IMG/VR virus record: IMGVR_UViG_3300028602_000007
Span: 1-64,000 of that record
Length of the DNA: 64,000 nucleotides
Source: a virus
Taxonomy: Duplodnaviria; Caudoviricetes
Reading direction: 5' to 3' (one strand)
Below the pieces are notes generated by a model, which saw only the letters and a program-made list of their open reading frames with translations, was not told where the DNA came from and made no database searches. The position numbers were made by a program, and so were the translations under genes. Each line of letters opens with the position of its first letter. Positions within the stretch are counted from its first letter, which is position 1. This document shows, piece by piece, positions 17,131 through 26,955 of the stretch.

Positions 17131-19134
17131 ATGAAAAATATGACAAAACAATCATCTTCTGCATCAAATACGCCATTGATTAATTCACTTGGAACTGATA
17201 TAACACAGTTAGCACTAAATAATGAATTAGATCCAGTGGTTGGTCGAATTAATGAAATTGATCGATGCAGTCGAATATTATCTAGACGTAAGAAAAATAA
17301 TCCTTTATTAATTGGAGAACCTGGAGTTGGTAAAACAGCAATCGTAGAAGGATTAGCAATGCGTATTATTAATAAAACATGTTCTAGAGCATTATTTGGA
17401 AAACGAATTATTTCTTTAGAGCTTGCAAATTTAGTAGCTGGTACTAAGTATCGAGGAGAGTTTGAACAGAGAATTGAGCAAATAATTAAAGAAGTTAAAG
17501 AAAGTTCTGATATTATTTTATTTATTGATGAAGTACATTCTTTGGTTGGTGCAGGAGCAGCAAGCGGCTCATTAGATGCTGCTAACATATTAAAGCCAGC
17601 ATTAGCTAGAGGTGAAATCCAGTGTATTGGATCAACGACAACTGATGAATTTAGAAATTCTATAGAAAAAGATGGTGCATTAAATAGAAGGTTTCAACAA
17701 GTATTAGTAAAACCAACAACAGTAGAAGAAACTAGAATAATTTTAGAAAATATTAAAGACAAATATGAATCTCATCATTCTGTAATATATAGTTCAGATG
17801 CATTAGATGCATGTGTTTCACTAAGCGATCGATATATTACAGATAGATTCTTACCAGACAAAGCAATTGATCTATTAGATGAAGCTGGCGCAACTGTTCA
17901 TGTAAATGGAATAACAATTCCTAAAAAAATTAAAGATCTTGAGAAAAAATTAAATGAAGTTACTAAAGAAAAAGAAGTAGCTGTTCAAAATCAGCAATAT
18001 GAATTAGCTGCACAACTAAGAGATGCAGTTTATGAGGTAATGGATAAAATAAAAGAAGCAAAGAAGGAATGGGAAGAAGAACTAGATTTATTAGAGAATA
18101 GATTACCAGTAACAGATGGCGATATTTCAAAATTAGTTTCAATAATGACTGGTATTCCAGTTTATAAAATGAGTGGATTTGAAAAAGAAGAATTATCTAA
18201 AATCGAAGAAACTTTAAAAAAATATATAATTGGACAAGATATAGCAATTCAAAAATTAGGAAAATCAATAAAAAGATCAAGAGCAGGATTAAAAGAACCA
18301 AATCGTCCAATTGGAACATTTTTATTTACTGGACCAAGTGGAGTAGGAAAAACTGAATTAGCTAAAAGACTTGCAAATTTATTATTTGGAACAGATGATG
18401 CATTAATTAGGATTGATATGTCAGAATATAGCGAAAAAATATCAGCAAGTCGTTTAACTGGAGCTCCTCCTGGATATGTTGGTTACGAAGAAGGTGGACA
18501 ATTAACTGAAAGAGTTAGAAGAAACCCATATTCTGTAATATTATTAGATGAAATCGAAAAAGCAGATTCTTCTATCTTTAATATTTTATTACAAGTATTA
18601 GACGATGGTAGATTAACTGACGGACAAGGAAAAACTGTTGATTTTAAAAACACGATTATTATTATGACATCAAATGTTGGTGTTCGTAAATTACAAGATT
18701 TCGGAAGAGGTGTTGGCTTCAATACTAAATACCGTATAGATAATGAAAATGAAGAAAAAAAATCAATAGTTGCAGCGGAAGTTTCTAAAAAGTTTCCACC
18801 TGAATTTATTAATAGATTAGATGAAATTATTACATTTGATTCTTTGTCGAAAGAAAATATGTATAAAATTATTGATATTGAAATTAATAAGCTGAAGGAT
18901 CGAGTTATAGAAAATGGATATTCTATTGAAATTGATAAAAAAGCCAAAGCTTTTTTAATTGATAATGGATATAATGATAAACTAGGAGCTCGTCCGTTAA
19001 AACATGCAATTCAAACATACGTCGAAAATCTTTTAGCTGATGCATATATAAACAATCAAATAAAGGACGGAGATAAATTAATAATTACTAAGAGGATTAA
19101 CGAAAAAGAATTAAGCATTAAAGGATTACATTAA
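17131..19134 (+). CDS. clpC: ClpC-like Hsp100 ATPase lacking N-terminal domain
   Basis: Two AAA modules (GEPGVGKT, GPSGVGKT), GTKYRGEFE pore loop, UVR coiled coil, GVGF ClpP-docking loop, GARPL. Confidence 0.92.
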   Translation: MKNMTKQSSSASNTPLINSLGTDITQLALNNELDPVVGRINEIDRCSRILSRRKKNNPLLIGEPGVGKTAIVEGLAMRIINKTCSRALFGKRIISLELANLVAGTKYRGEFEQRIEQIIKEVKESSDIILFIDEVHSLVGAGAASGSLDAANILKPALARGEIQCIGSTTTDEFRNSIEKDGALNRRFQQVLVKPTTVEETRIILENIKDKYESHHSVIYSSDALDACVSLSDRYITDRFLPDKAIDLLDEAGATVHVNGITIPKKIKDLEKKLNEVTKEKEVAVQNQQYELAAQLRDAVYEVMDKIKEAKKEWEEELDLLENRLPVTDGDISKLVSIMTGIPVYKMSGFEKEELSKIEETLKKYIIGQDIAIQKLGKSIKRSRAGLKEPNRPIGTFLFTGPSGVGKTELAKRLANLLFGTDDALIRIDMSEYSEKISASRLTGAPPGYVGYEEGGQLTERVRRNPYSVILLDEIEKADSSIFNILLQVLDDGRLTDGQGKTVDFKNTIIIMTSNVGVRKLQDFGRGVGFNTKYRIDNENEEKKSIVAAEVSKKFPPEFINRLDEIITFDSLSKENMYKIIDIEINKLKDRVIENGYSIEIDKKAKAFLIDNGYNDKLGARPLKHAIQTYVENLLADAYINNQIKDGDKLIITKRINEKELSIKGLH

Positions 19135-19135
19135 T

Positions 19136-19752
19136 ATGAAACGATTAATTATATTAATACTTTTATTTTTTATAACATTTGAAAGTATTTCACAAACTCA
19201 AAATATCTCAAATAAAATATTTAACAATTCACAATCTAATATTAATAGATATTTTCAATAGATGGATCGACTTTTTATATTAAAGGTGAACCTGCCGGTT
19301 CATTCGGTGGAACTTTTGGTTTAATTATTAATAACTCAGTTTCAATTGGAATTGTTGGATCATATATTAATTCAACAAGTAATGAACCGACTCCAATTTT
19401 AATTATTCCACATCAATATACAAATTATATTATTAAAAAATATTTTTGGTATAGCGGAATACAAATAGAACCAATTGCTGGGTATAAATCTCAATTTCAT
19501 TTGTCATTTCCTATGAGTTTTGGAATTGGACAAAGATCTTATAGAATACAAGAAACTAATGAAATTTGGACATATTATGCACAATCATTAAGTTGTGAAA
19601 CTTTTTTATATGGGTTAATTGGAATTCATTTAGAATCTAATATTGCAGAATATGTTATATTTGCAATTGGTCCATCTTTTATGTATACAACAAACCTACC
19701 ATTTTTACGAGCTCCGCGAATCGATCTTATTATTAAAATTGGCAAATACTAA
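19136..19752 (+). pseudogene. frameshifted secreted/outer-membrane beta-strand protein
   Basis: Signal peptide MKRLIILILLFFITFESISQ. One extra T near 19255 joins it to an open frame of amphipathic strands ending IKIGKY. Confidence 0.55.
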
Positions 19753-19799
19753 TAATTTCCTATATTTAATAAATATAATTACTTATAATGTATTTGCAT

Positions 19800-19807
19800 T
19801 ATAAATA
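19800..19807 (+). promoter_or_regulatory. T4-type late promoter TATAAATA
   Basis: Exact T4 late consensus upstream of the operon leading to neck and gp25. Confidence 0.65.
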
Positions 19808-19827
19808 ATAAAAAATATTTATTAGAT

Positions 19828-20241
19828 ATGGGAAAATTTGGAAAATATGATATTCCTAAATTTTTAGTTAATACTCAAACCCGCGAAGTAGACGAAGATA
19901 CTGATTTACAAAGTGAACAGCCTACACATACTCAACCAAGTTCACATAAAATTTCAAGTTTTTCAGAATTTGCACAAGAATCAGATTCTATTAATGAAGA
20001 AGATATGATAATTGATTCAGATTTAGAAAATGAACCATGTGAAGATTGTGATAATTCTGACACCTTATCAGAAAAAGCAAAAGAAACTATTAAGAATATG
20101 TGTAACTCAGTATTAATACACGAGGCACACCTCTACGAGTCGTCAGAGGATCCTAACCAAACATATGAAACTTTTCTAAGGGAAGCTACTCATTATATGG
20201 CAGAATGTTTAATTAGAGCTGCTCAAAATTTAAAAGTATAA
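19828..20241 (+). CDS. acidic hypothetical (putative head) protein
   Basis: Internal KISSFSEF motif, late promoter upstream. Confidence 0.65.
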   Translation: MGKFGKYDIPKFLVNTQTREVDEDTDLQSEQPTHTQPSSHKISSFSEFAQESDSINEEDMIIDSDLENEPCEDCDNSDTLSEKAKETIKNMCNSVLIHEAHLYESSEDPNQTYETFLREATHYMAECLIRAAQNLKV

Positions 20242-20990
20242 TGATTAAGTCAATTGGAATAATATCTGGCAAATTTAAACCTCCACATGCTGGTCATTTT
20301 CAAGCAATACAAAATATTAATAATGAAAATGATCAAGTACATGTGTTTATTTCACCAATTGAACAAAATGGAATTAATGCAAATACTGCAAAATCAATTT
20401 TACTTGAATATTTTAAATTACTATCTAATTCTAACTCTATACATTTACATATTTCAGAAGAGTCTCCTGTGAAATCAGCAATGTCATACATTGCAAAATT
20501 AGGAGATTCTAAAAATGCAAAAGATTTTATTGTTAATGTATATGCATTAACTGACGATATGCAAAGATTCGAAGCATTAAATAATTTTAAAGGAAATTTA
20601 CGTAAAATTAATAAGATTGAAACTGGCCGAATAAATGGAATTTCTAGTACACAATTAAGAAATGCAATAGAAAATAATGATATTGATAAATTTAAAGAAG
20701 GTATACCGAGTGGAATTGATTATAAAAAAGTTTGGAAATTATTAAAAGAAAATGGAGCATACACAATTCCAGCAGATTCTTTTAAAACACCAAAAAAATA
20801 CGATTTTAATGTACAGCCTTCTAAAATTAGTACAAACTTAGGTGGGATTCCAAATCATTGGACCAATTCAAATCCAATTTCTAGATGGGATTTTATGACA
20901 AACCCAGTCATAAATAATATTCGTGAAAATAATTCAATAGTATTGACATTTAATCAATTCTGTAATGAACAAATAAATAATAAAAAATAA
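20241..20990 (+). CDS. cytidylyltransferase-like (HxGH) nucleotidyltransferase
   Basis: GKFKPPHAGH and ISSTQLR motifs. Confidence 0.82.
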   Translation: MIKSIGIISGKFKPPHAGHFQAIQNINNENDQVHVFISPIEQNGINANTAKSILLEYFKLLSNSNSIHLHISEESPVKSAMSYIAKLGDSKNAKDFIVNVYALTDDMQRFEALNNFKGNLRKINKIETGRINGISSTQLRNAIENNDIDKFKEGIPSGIDYKKVWKLLKENGAYTIPADSFKTPKKYDFNVQPSKISTNLGGIPNHWTNSNPISRWDFMTNPVINNIRENNSIVLTFNQFCNEQINNKK

Positions 20991-20996
20991 AAAACG

Positions 20997-21476
20997 ATGA
21001 ATAACGATAGAATATTAAATTTTGATGACTTTGAAAAAAAGAATATATTAACTGACCCTGAAAAAGTAGTTAAATCTGCTCAAACTCCAAAGCCTAAAAA
21101 AGAAAATTTTGTTGATCAAGTGAAACGAGCTGAATTAACTCAACCTGAAATAACTGAACCTGATTATACAAAGGTCGAAAAAGTTAATGAAGAAACTGAC
21201 GAAATGGCTAGGTTAAGAACAATAATTGCACAATTACAAGAAGAAATTCAAAAAGAAGAAAGTGAATTTCAAGAAAAAATTATTGCTAAAAAAAATGACT
21301 TGATTGAAAAACAAAAAGCATATAATACATTAGCAAATACAGAAAGAGAAAAAGAAGCAATTGCTGTAAAACAATCACAAAATATACAACAGCAAACAGT
21401 TCAACCACAAGTGACTCAACCAAATGTAGGAATGATGAATACTGTACAAGCAAGTGAATACCCAACATCAGTATAA
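20997..21476 (+). CDS. coiled-coil hypothetical protein
   Basis: N-terminal RILNFDDF, coiled coil. Confidence 0.65.
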   Translation: MNNDRILNFDDFEKKNILTDPEKVVKSAQTPKPKKENFVDQVKRAELTQPEITEPDYTKVEKVNEETDEMARLRTIIAQLQEEIQKEESEFQEKIIAKKNDLIEKQKAYNTLANTEREKEAIAVKQSQNIQQQTVQPQVTQPNVGMMNTVQASEYPTSV

Positions 21477-21493
21477 AAAAAAATAAAAGTTAA

Positions 21494-22228
21494 ATGACTA
21501 GAGCTGAATTAATTGATGATATTAAACAAGAAATGACCTTTGCTCAAGCATTACCATATACAATACCAGATAAAGAAATTGGGCGTATTATTGATATTGC
21601 AGCTAAATATTTTTATGATAACTGGAGACATGCAGTTGAACCTAGATATATTTTAATACCTGACGCGTTATTCAAAAATGAAAGATTTAGAACTAGTCGA
21701 ACAATTAAAATGCCAGATTGTATTCAATTTGTTCATGAAGTTAAAGAAGCAAAAGGAGGTTCAATGTTTTCAACGATTGATCGCGATTTTGCAGAAAATA
21801 AATTTATTGGTTCTGAAATATTCTTAACGCCATTTATTGGTGAATCAATTATGTATCGTACTGTAATGTTTTCGTTTTTAGATTTAACAAAAAATATGAT
21901 GATTGATACACTTGCATATGATTATAATAAAAATACGAAGATGGTATCAATTACTGGAAGAACTCCAAATACTAAAGTTGTTATGAAAGTCTCTAAAAAA
22001 ATAGAAGAGCAATACTTATATGAAGATGAGATGTTTCAACGATATGTTAGAGCAAAAGCAAAGGTTAAACTTGGAGAATTATTAACAAGCTTCGATTTTA
22101 CATTACCTGGAGGAGTTCGACCAAATTATCAAACTTTTGTAACAAAAGCAGATGCTGAATTTGATAAAGTTACAGAAATGATGAAGGGCGAAAATACTCC
22201 AGACTGGATATATTTAACTCATTTTTAA
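21494..22228 (+). CDS. neck/head-completion protein (T4 gp13-like)
   Basis: C-terminal YVRAKAK..LG......F..TLPGGV..N pattern typical of gp13-like proteins. Confidence 0.7.
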   Translation: MTRAELIDDIKQEMTFAQALPYTIPDKEIGRIIDIAAKYFYDNWRHAVEPRYILIPDALFKNERFRTSRTIKMPDCIQFVHEVKEAKGGSMFSTIDRDFAENKFIGSEIFLTPFIGESIMYRTVMFSFLDLTKNMMIDTLAYDYNKNTKMVSITGRTPNTKVVMKVSKKIEEQYLYEDEMFQRYVRAKAKVKLGELLTSFDFTLPGGVRPNYQTFVTKADAEFDKVTEMMKGENTPDWIYLTHF

Positions 22229-22230
22229 TT

Positions 22231-22605
22231 ATGGATGATTTTTATTTTAGAAATATAGATGATAAAAACTTTAAAGATAATATATTTTCAGTTAGCAATG
22301 AAATTGAAAATACTGTATCTCAAGTTAGAATGACGATTTTAACAAAAAAGGGTGAAGTCTTAGGTGAACCTAATTTTGGAATAGACGCAACAAAATACTT
22401 ATTTGAATTTGAAGGATACCCATTGGATATTTTAGAAAAAGAAGCAGCTGAACAAATTGAAAATTATGTTATGTTATCAAAAAGAAATAAAGTTGTACCT
22501 ACTGCATTTACATTAAGTGAAGTATCTGATTTATATAAAGTTGGACTAGGCTTAGATATTTCAATAAATGGAAATAGAACATTTGCAGCACTATATGAAG
22601 ATTAA
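22231..22605 (+). CDS. baseplate wedge protein (gp25-like)
   Basis: ILTKKGEVLGEPNFG...YLFE motif. Confidence 0.8.
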   Translation: MDDFYFRNIDDKNFKDNIFSVSNEIENTVSQVRMTILTKKGEVLGEPNFGIDATKYLFEFEGYPLDILEKEAAEQIENYVMLSKRNKVVPTAFTLSEVSDLYKVGLGLDISINGNRTFAALYED

Positions 22606-22641
22606 ATAAAAGGTAAGAAAAATTCTTACCTTTTTTATTTA
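22604..22641. terminator. bidirectional terminator
   Basis: AAAAGGTAAGAA-AAA-TTCTTACCTTTT between convergent genes. Confidence 0.8.
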
Positions 22642-22649
22642 TAATATGT

Positions 22650-24338
22650 TTATAAATCGCCAGTTTCTCCCATTTCACTAGCAGTTTCTTTACCAGGAGA
22701 GCCTTGATCAACTAGATTTTCAGCAGGAGCCATTCCACCTGCAGGTTCTGGTAAAACAACCTCAGCGTCTTGAGCTTCACCAGAAGATCCTCCAGATTTA
22801 GCTAAATAGTCTTTATTTTTTCTAAGCAATTGATCGCTCATTTTTAAATATTCGGTCACTAAGAAATCAGATGAGAAATATGGCTTTCCGTAATCATTAG
22901 TAATTGCTTTAAGTGCATTAATTGCAGCGATTCGTTTATTAAGAAGATCTTGATTTTTAATTTCTTCAAATACATTATCGTCATACCATACAACGCCAAC
23001 TGCATTTTTGAATTTATCATCATTTCTTAATTCTTTAACATCTAAACACATTTGCAAATATAAAGGCTTTGTAATTAATTCTTTATACGCAGCACGAAGA
23101 CGATGAATAAATTTATTATATCTAATTTCTTCCCTAGATATTCCTTCTGATGTTAATGTAAAAATTCCACCACCTTCACTAAATCTAGAAGCTGGTATTT
23201 TAGAATCTTGTTTTAATTTTTCTGTAAAATATTTAAGAAGTTCAGAACCTGACAAATTCGGACCTGCATATTCTAAAGGTTCTATTTTTACTTGTTGTTG
23301 CTGATCATTTACTGGAACAACGTAATTTTTATAAAATAAAATATTAGGTTTTCCATCAACTTTTAATTCACCAGATTCTCCATCAAAATAAATATCTTCC
23401 TTTAGAGTATTAGTAAATTCTCGAACATCTTCTTGGCCCTTTTGCATAGATTTTGTTCCAATTGGAACTGTTGTAACTAATCTAATCGGAGCATGCATAG
23501 TATGCCAAATTACTTTAGAATGTTCAATAATTCTAAGCATATTAAATGAACGAACTAATCTTTCTGCGAAACTTACTCTCTTAGTTCGCATATGATTAGA
23601 ATATGATATGTAAATAATTTGAGAATCTGATAACTGCCTATTTTGTTTTGTTAATGGATCACGCTGAGTCCATTGTAAAATAAGTTTACCTTCTTCAGAT
23701 TGAGTTACTTCTGGGTATAAAGAAGCTGGATCTAATTCCTTAAATCCAATAATTTCTTTAGGATTAACGATGTCATCGTATATTATTTCGAAAGCTAAGT
23801 GCCCTTCGATTAACCATTGATAAAAATATTGCCAAGCAGATATACCTTGATCAAAACCCCATCTACTATAAATTTTAGTAAATGCTTTTTTATAAGATTG
23901 AGAAATTCTATCTTGATATTCTAGTCGATTTTTTCGGTTATCTCCTAAATATGACATTTCTCCAATTAAATCATTCACATAACAAAATCGATTATCCTCA
24001 TCATATACAATTACATCATCTGTAATTGTTTCTAAAATAAATTCAATTTCACCACTCGATGCAACATCTCTTAATCGTTCGCGCTTTGACACATAATCTA
24101 ACTGAAAAAATGCAATTGCTTTTGTTTTAAGAGATGATGTTGTATCTGACAAAGCTAAAGTAGCTTTCATTAAATTATCGCCTGCATATGATCCTCCACT
24201 TCCTAATTGACTTTCGATAAAACCAATTGCTTGTGAATTTTTAACAAGTAAGTCATCATATTTTAAACCATATCTACTTAAATTATTAAATCTTGATCGA
24301 ATGAACCTACCTGCATTACCTTCTAAAAATCCTGCCAT
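22650..24338 (-). CDS. portal protein (T4 gp20-like)
   Basis: 562 aa, W..EG, MLRIIEHSKVIW..MHAP.R, YF..KL...SKIP.SR, ISREEIRYNKFI.RLR. Confidence 0.88.
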   Translation of the reverse strand: MAGFLEGNAGRFIRSRFNNLSRYGLKYDDLLVKNSQAIGFIESQLGSGGSYAGDNLMKATLALSDTTSSLKTKAIAFFQLDYVSKRERLRDVASSGEIEFILETITDDVIVYDEDNRFCYVNDLIGEMSYLGDNRKNRLEYQDRISQSYKKAFTKIYSRWGFDQGISAWQYFYQWLIEGHLAFEIIYDDIVNPKEIIGFKELDPASLYPEVTQSEEGKLILQWTQRDPLTKQNRQLSDSQIIYISYSNHMRTKRVSFAERLVRSFNMLRIIEHSKVIWHTMHAPIRLVTTVPIGTKSMQKGQEDVREFTNTLKEDIYFDGESGELKVDGKPNILFYKNYVVPVNDQQQQVKIEPLEYAGPNLSGSELLKYFTEKLKQDSKIPASRFSEGGGIFTLTSEGISREEIRYNKFIHRLRAAYKELITKPLYLQMCLDVKELRNDDKFKNAVGVVWYDDNVFEEIKNQDLLNKRIAAINALKAITNDYGKPYFSSDFLVTEYLKMSDQLLRKNKDYLAKSGGSSGEAQDAEVVLPEPAGGMAPAENLVDQGSPGKETASEMGETGDL

Positions 24339-24343
24339 TTATA

Positions 24344-24991
24344 TTATGTAAATTTTGTTAAAAAATAAGAAATTGGAGTTTTCGAAATAACAGTTCCATC
24401 ATTAGTATATTCACAATATGATAATAATGGAACACTATCCCAATCAATAAGAGATAGTGATTTACTCATTTCTTCTTTTTTATATTTATCAATTAAGAAT
24501 TCTAAGTTAAAATTTATTCGATTACTAATTTGTTTAATAAATGATCTATTAACTTGAAATAATTGATTATTTTGTGATATTTTAAATTGTTCGTTTAATT
24601 CTATAAAATTTCCATCTGAATTTATAAAAGATTCTAAACTAGACATTAAAAAAGTCAAATATTGTTGAATAAACCATTTTCTTATTTTATTAGGTAATAA
24701 CTTTATATTTAAACCTACTTCAAATGGACCTTCCTGTCCCAATGATAAAATAATTGGTTTAATATCAAAATACGGCTTTTTCAAACTAGTTTTTGTTTGA
24801 TATTCGTCTAAACTAGAAATGTCATCTTCATTTATCCCAGATAGTGAATTGAAAACATAAAAATATCCTGGAATTAATTTAGAATATGAAAATAATAATG
24901 AATCTTTTTCGAAATAATAAGGTTTTCCATAATATGAAGTATTATCAACACTTCCGTCTAAAATAAAATTTTTTATTTGTTTAATACTCAT
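24344..24991 (-). CDS. DNA end-protector-like protein (gp2-like)
   Basis: PGYFYVF, YFD.KP.IL and GLNIKLLP..IR resemble gp2; adjacent to gp4-like gene. Confidence 0.5.
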   Translation of the reverse strand: MSIKQIKNFILDGSVDNTSYYGKPYYFEKDSLLFSYSKLIPGYFYVFNSLSGINEDDISSLDEYQTKTSLKKPYFDIKPIILSLGQEGPFEVGLNIKLLPNKIRKWFIQQYLTFLMSSLESFINSDGNFIELNEQFKISQNNQLFQVNRSFIKQISNRINFNLEFLIDKYKKEEMSKSLSLIDWDSVPLLSYCEYTNDGTVISKTPISYFLTKFT

Positions 24992-25003
24992 ACTAAATAT
25001 CTT

Positions 25004-25519
25004 TTATTTGTTATTAAATAGAAAGTTTTCTGTTATAATGCCAAACTTTACGTTATTATTTTTTGCAAATTCTCTAGCTGCTTCAAATTTTGCTTGATTA
25101 ATAATATATTGCTTTGCTGCATATAAGTAATTTGAAGTTTGTTTATCGGTCATTCGACTTGGTTTAGTTGGCGGATTTATATATTTTAATGGCTTTACTT
25201 CTATTAAATATTTTTCACGATTTCCATTATTATCTTCAATAATAATATAAAAATCAATATAGTATATATGACCCTTACGATCTAATGGATTATAATATTT
25301 TATTCCAAGAGGTTCGCTTGCATATTTAATAACAGATGGATTAGTATCACACCATTGTAAAAATTTAAACTCCCAAGAACTTCTAAAAATAATTTCATTT
25401 GGATTTCCAACATATTTACTAGGATTAGCTGGCTTAAAATAACCTTGTCTAGGCCGACCAGGTGCACCGTTTCTTGGTTTAAGAAAATCTTGTATTTTTT
25501 TATTTTTTGTTGGTTGCAT
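25004..25519 (-). CDS. head completion nuclease (T4 gp4-like, TnsA N-terminal fold)
   Basis: GYFKP.NP.KY.G, FRSSWE, YYIDF, IEVKP, NQAKF.AA, IITE. Confidence 0.88.
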   Translation of the reverse strand: MQPTKNKKIQDFLKPRNGAPGRPRQGYFKPANPSKYVGNPNEIIFRSSWEFKFLQWCDTNPSVIKYASEPLGIKYYNPLDRKGHIYYIDFYIIIEDNNGNREKYLIEVKPLKYINPPTKPSRMTDKQTSNYLYAAKQYIINQAKFEAAREFAKNNNVKFGIITENFLFNNK

Positions 25520-25580
25520 ATCTTAATTATTTATAAAATAATTAAAATATGTATAATACAAAAATCTATAAATTAAATAA

Positions 25581-26819
25581 TTAATTATAATTTTTGTTCA
25601 TTTGATTGATATGACACCAATCAAATCTTTCTGAAACTGTTAATGTTTCAAATGGCGGATTATAATCACCCATAAATTGTTTGTAAATATTTATTGCACC
25701 ATTAATATCTCGATTTATGTTATTTCCACAATCACAAATGTATTGTCTATCACTTAAATCTAAATCATAATTAATAGCACCACATTTACAACACGTTTTT
25801 GAAGTCCATGCTTCATTAACTTTTATAACTTGATTACCTTTCAACTTACATTTGTACTCTAAAAGGTGTATAAAAGTTTGTAGATTCCAATTATTTTGCA
25901 TCTGTCTATTTAAAGACTTGAAATTTGATTTTATGTTTTTCTTTAAATTAGTTAATTCTCCTATTAATATAGTCTTGTTTTCATTAGATAAATCTTTAGT
26001 TACTTTTTGAAGTGTTAAATTTGTTTGAGTTTTCTTTTTACTATAAACTTTTTTTAATTTTTTATTGATTTGTTTAGATTTTCGACTATTCTTTTTCTTT
26101 GTATCTCTTAACGACTTTAATTCATCAATTCTTTTATCTAAAAACTTTTGATTTTTGCTTAAATATTTTGAACTATAAACAGTTCCTCTGTTATGTTCAA
26201 CATCATAAATACCAAGTAAATTTTTCTTACCTAAATCAATGCTTAAAACTTTATTCTTATCAATATTTTTTAAATCTTCTTCCTTTTTTTCATAAATTAT
26301 TGATGCAAAATATTTATTATTTTGCTTATAAATTTTAAGTTGTTTAATTTCAGATTCTCGTGTCTTGTTTCTTAAACATTTTAAATCTTTAATAGGAATA
26401 ATATAATCTAATTCAATATCTAATTTTCTATAATTTGAGTATGAAATTTTTAAAATGTTTTCTTTAATAATAAAATCTTGCGTAAAAGATAAAGTAAAAA
26501 AGTAATTTTTACCTCTAAATTTAGGTGGTCTTGGGTTTAAGTCTTTATTTTGTTTAACAAGTTTAAAAAATGATGAATAATTATTGTGTAATGTTCTTAA
26601 AATTTCCTTTTTAATGTCAAATGTTAAATATTCAGATTTATAATTTTTTAATTCTTTTTGTTGAGCATAGTAGGAAATAAACCTTTTATCAATGTCATAT
26701 TGTTCTTTTAATTTACCGAGATAATGATTATACAACTTCCTCCCATCATTAGATATAGAATCTATGATAGACTGTTGTCCATCAGTCAATCTTAATTGTA
26801 TCTTAAAAGTTAATAACAT
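25581..26819 (-). mobile_element. tnpB: TnpB RNA-guided endonuclease (IS200/IS605 family, no tnpA nearby)
   Basis: N-terminal HTH, PPKFR, RuvC-I SIDLG, RuvC-II GEL, Zn finger TSKTCCKCG...CDCG, RuvC-III RDINGAINI. Confidence 0.9.
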
Positions 26820-26955
26820 TTAAAGTTCCCTTTATTATATATATATTAAAGTTTGAAATAAAAATTAATAAATTTATAAAAAAGTTAAAAATAAATTTTA
26901 ATTATGAAAAATTACGTTAATTATATTTGTTATGAAATATTATTGATAATTTTTA

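Noticed and set aside
17118-18947. Antisense ORFs of 154-156 aa
   Set aside because: Opposite-strand shadows of clpC
25004-25519. TnsA/Tn7 transposon
   Set aside because: Motifs and context (gp2-like, portal) match T4 gp4 head-completion nuclease; no tnsB/C
25581-26819. Cas12f/Cas14 effector
   Set aside because: No CRISPR array or cas genes nearby; TnpB is the simpler call
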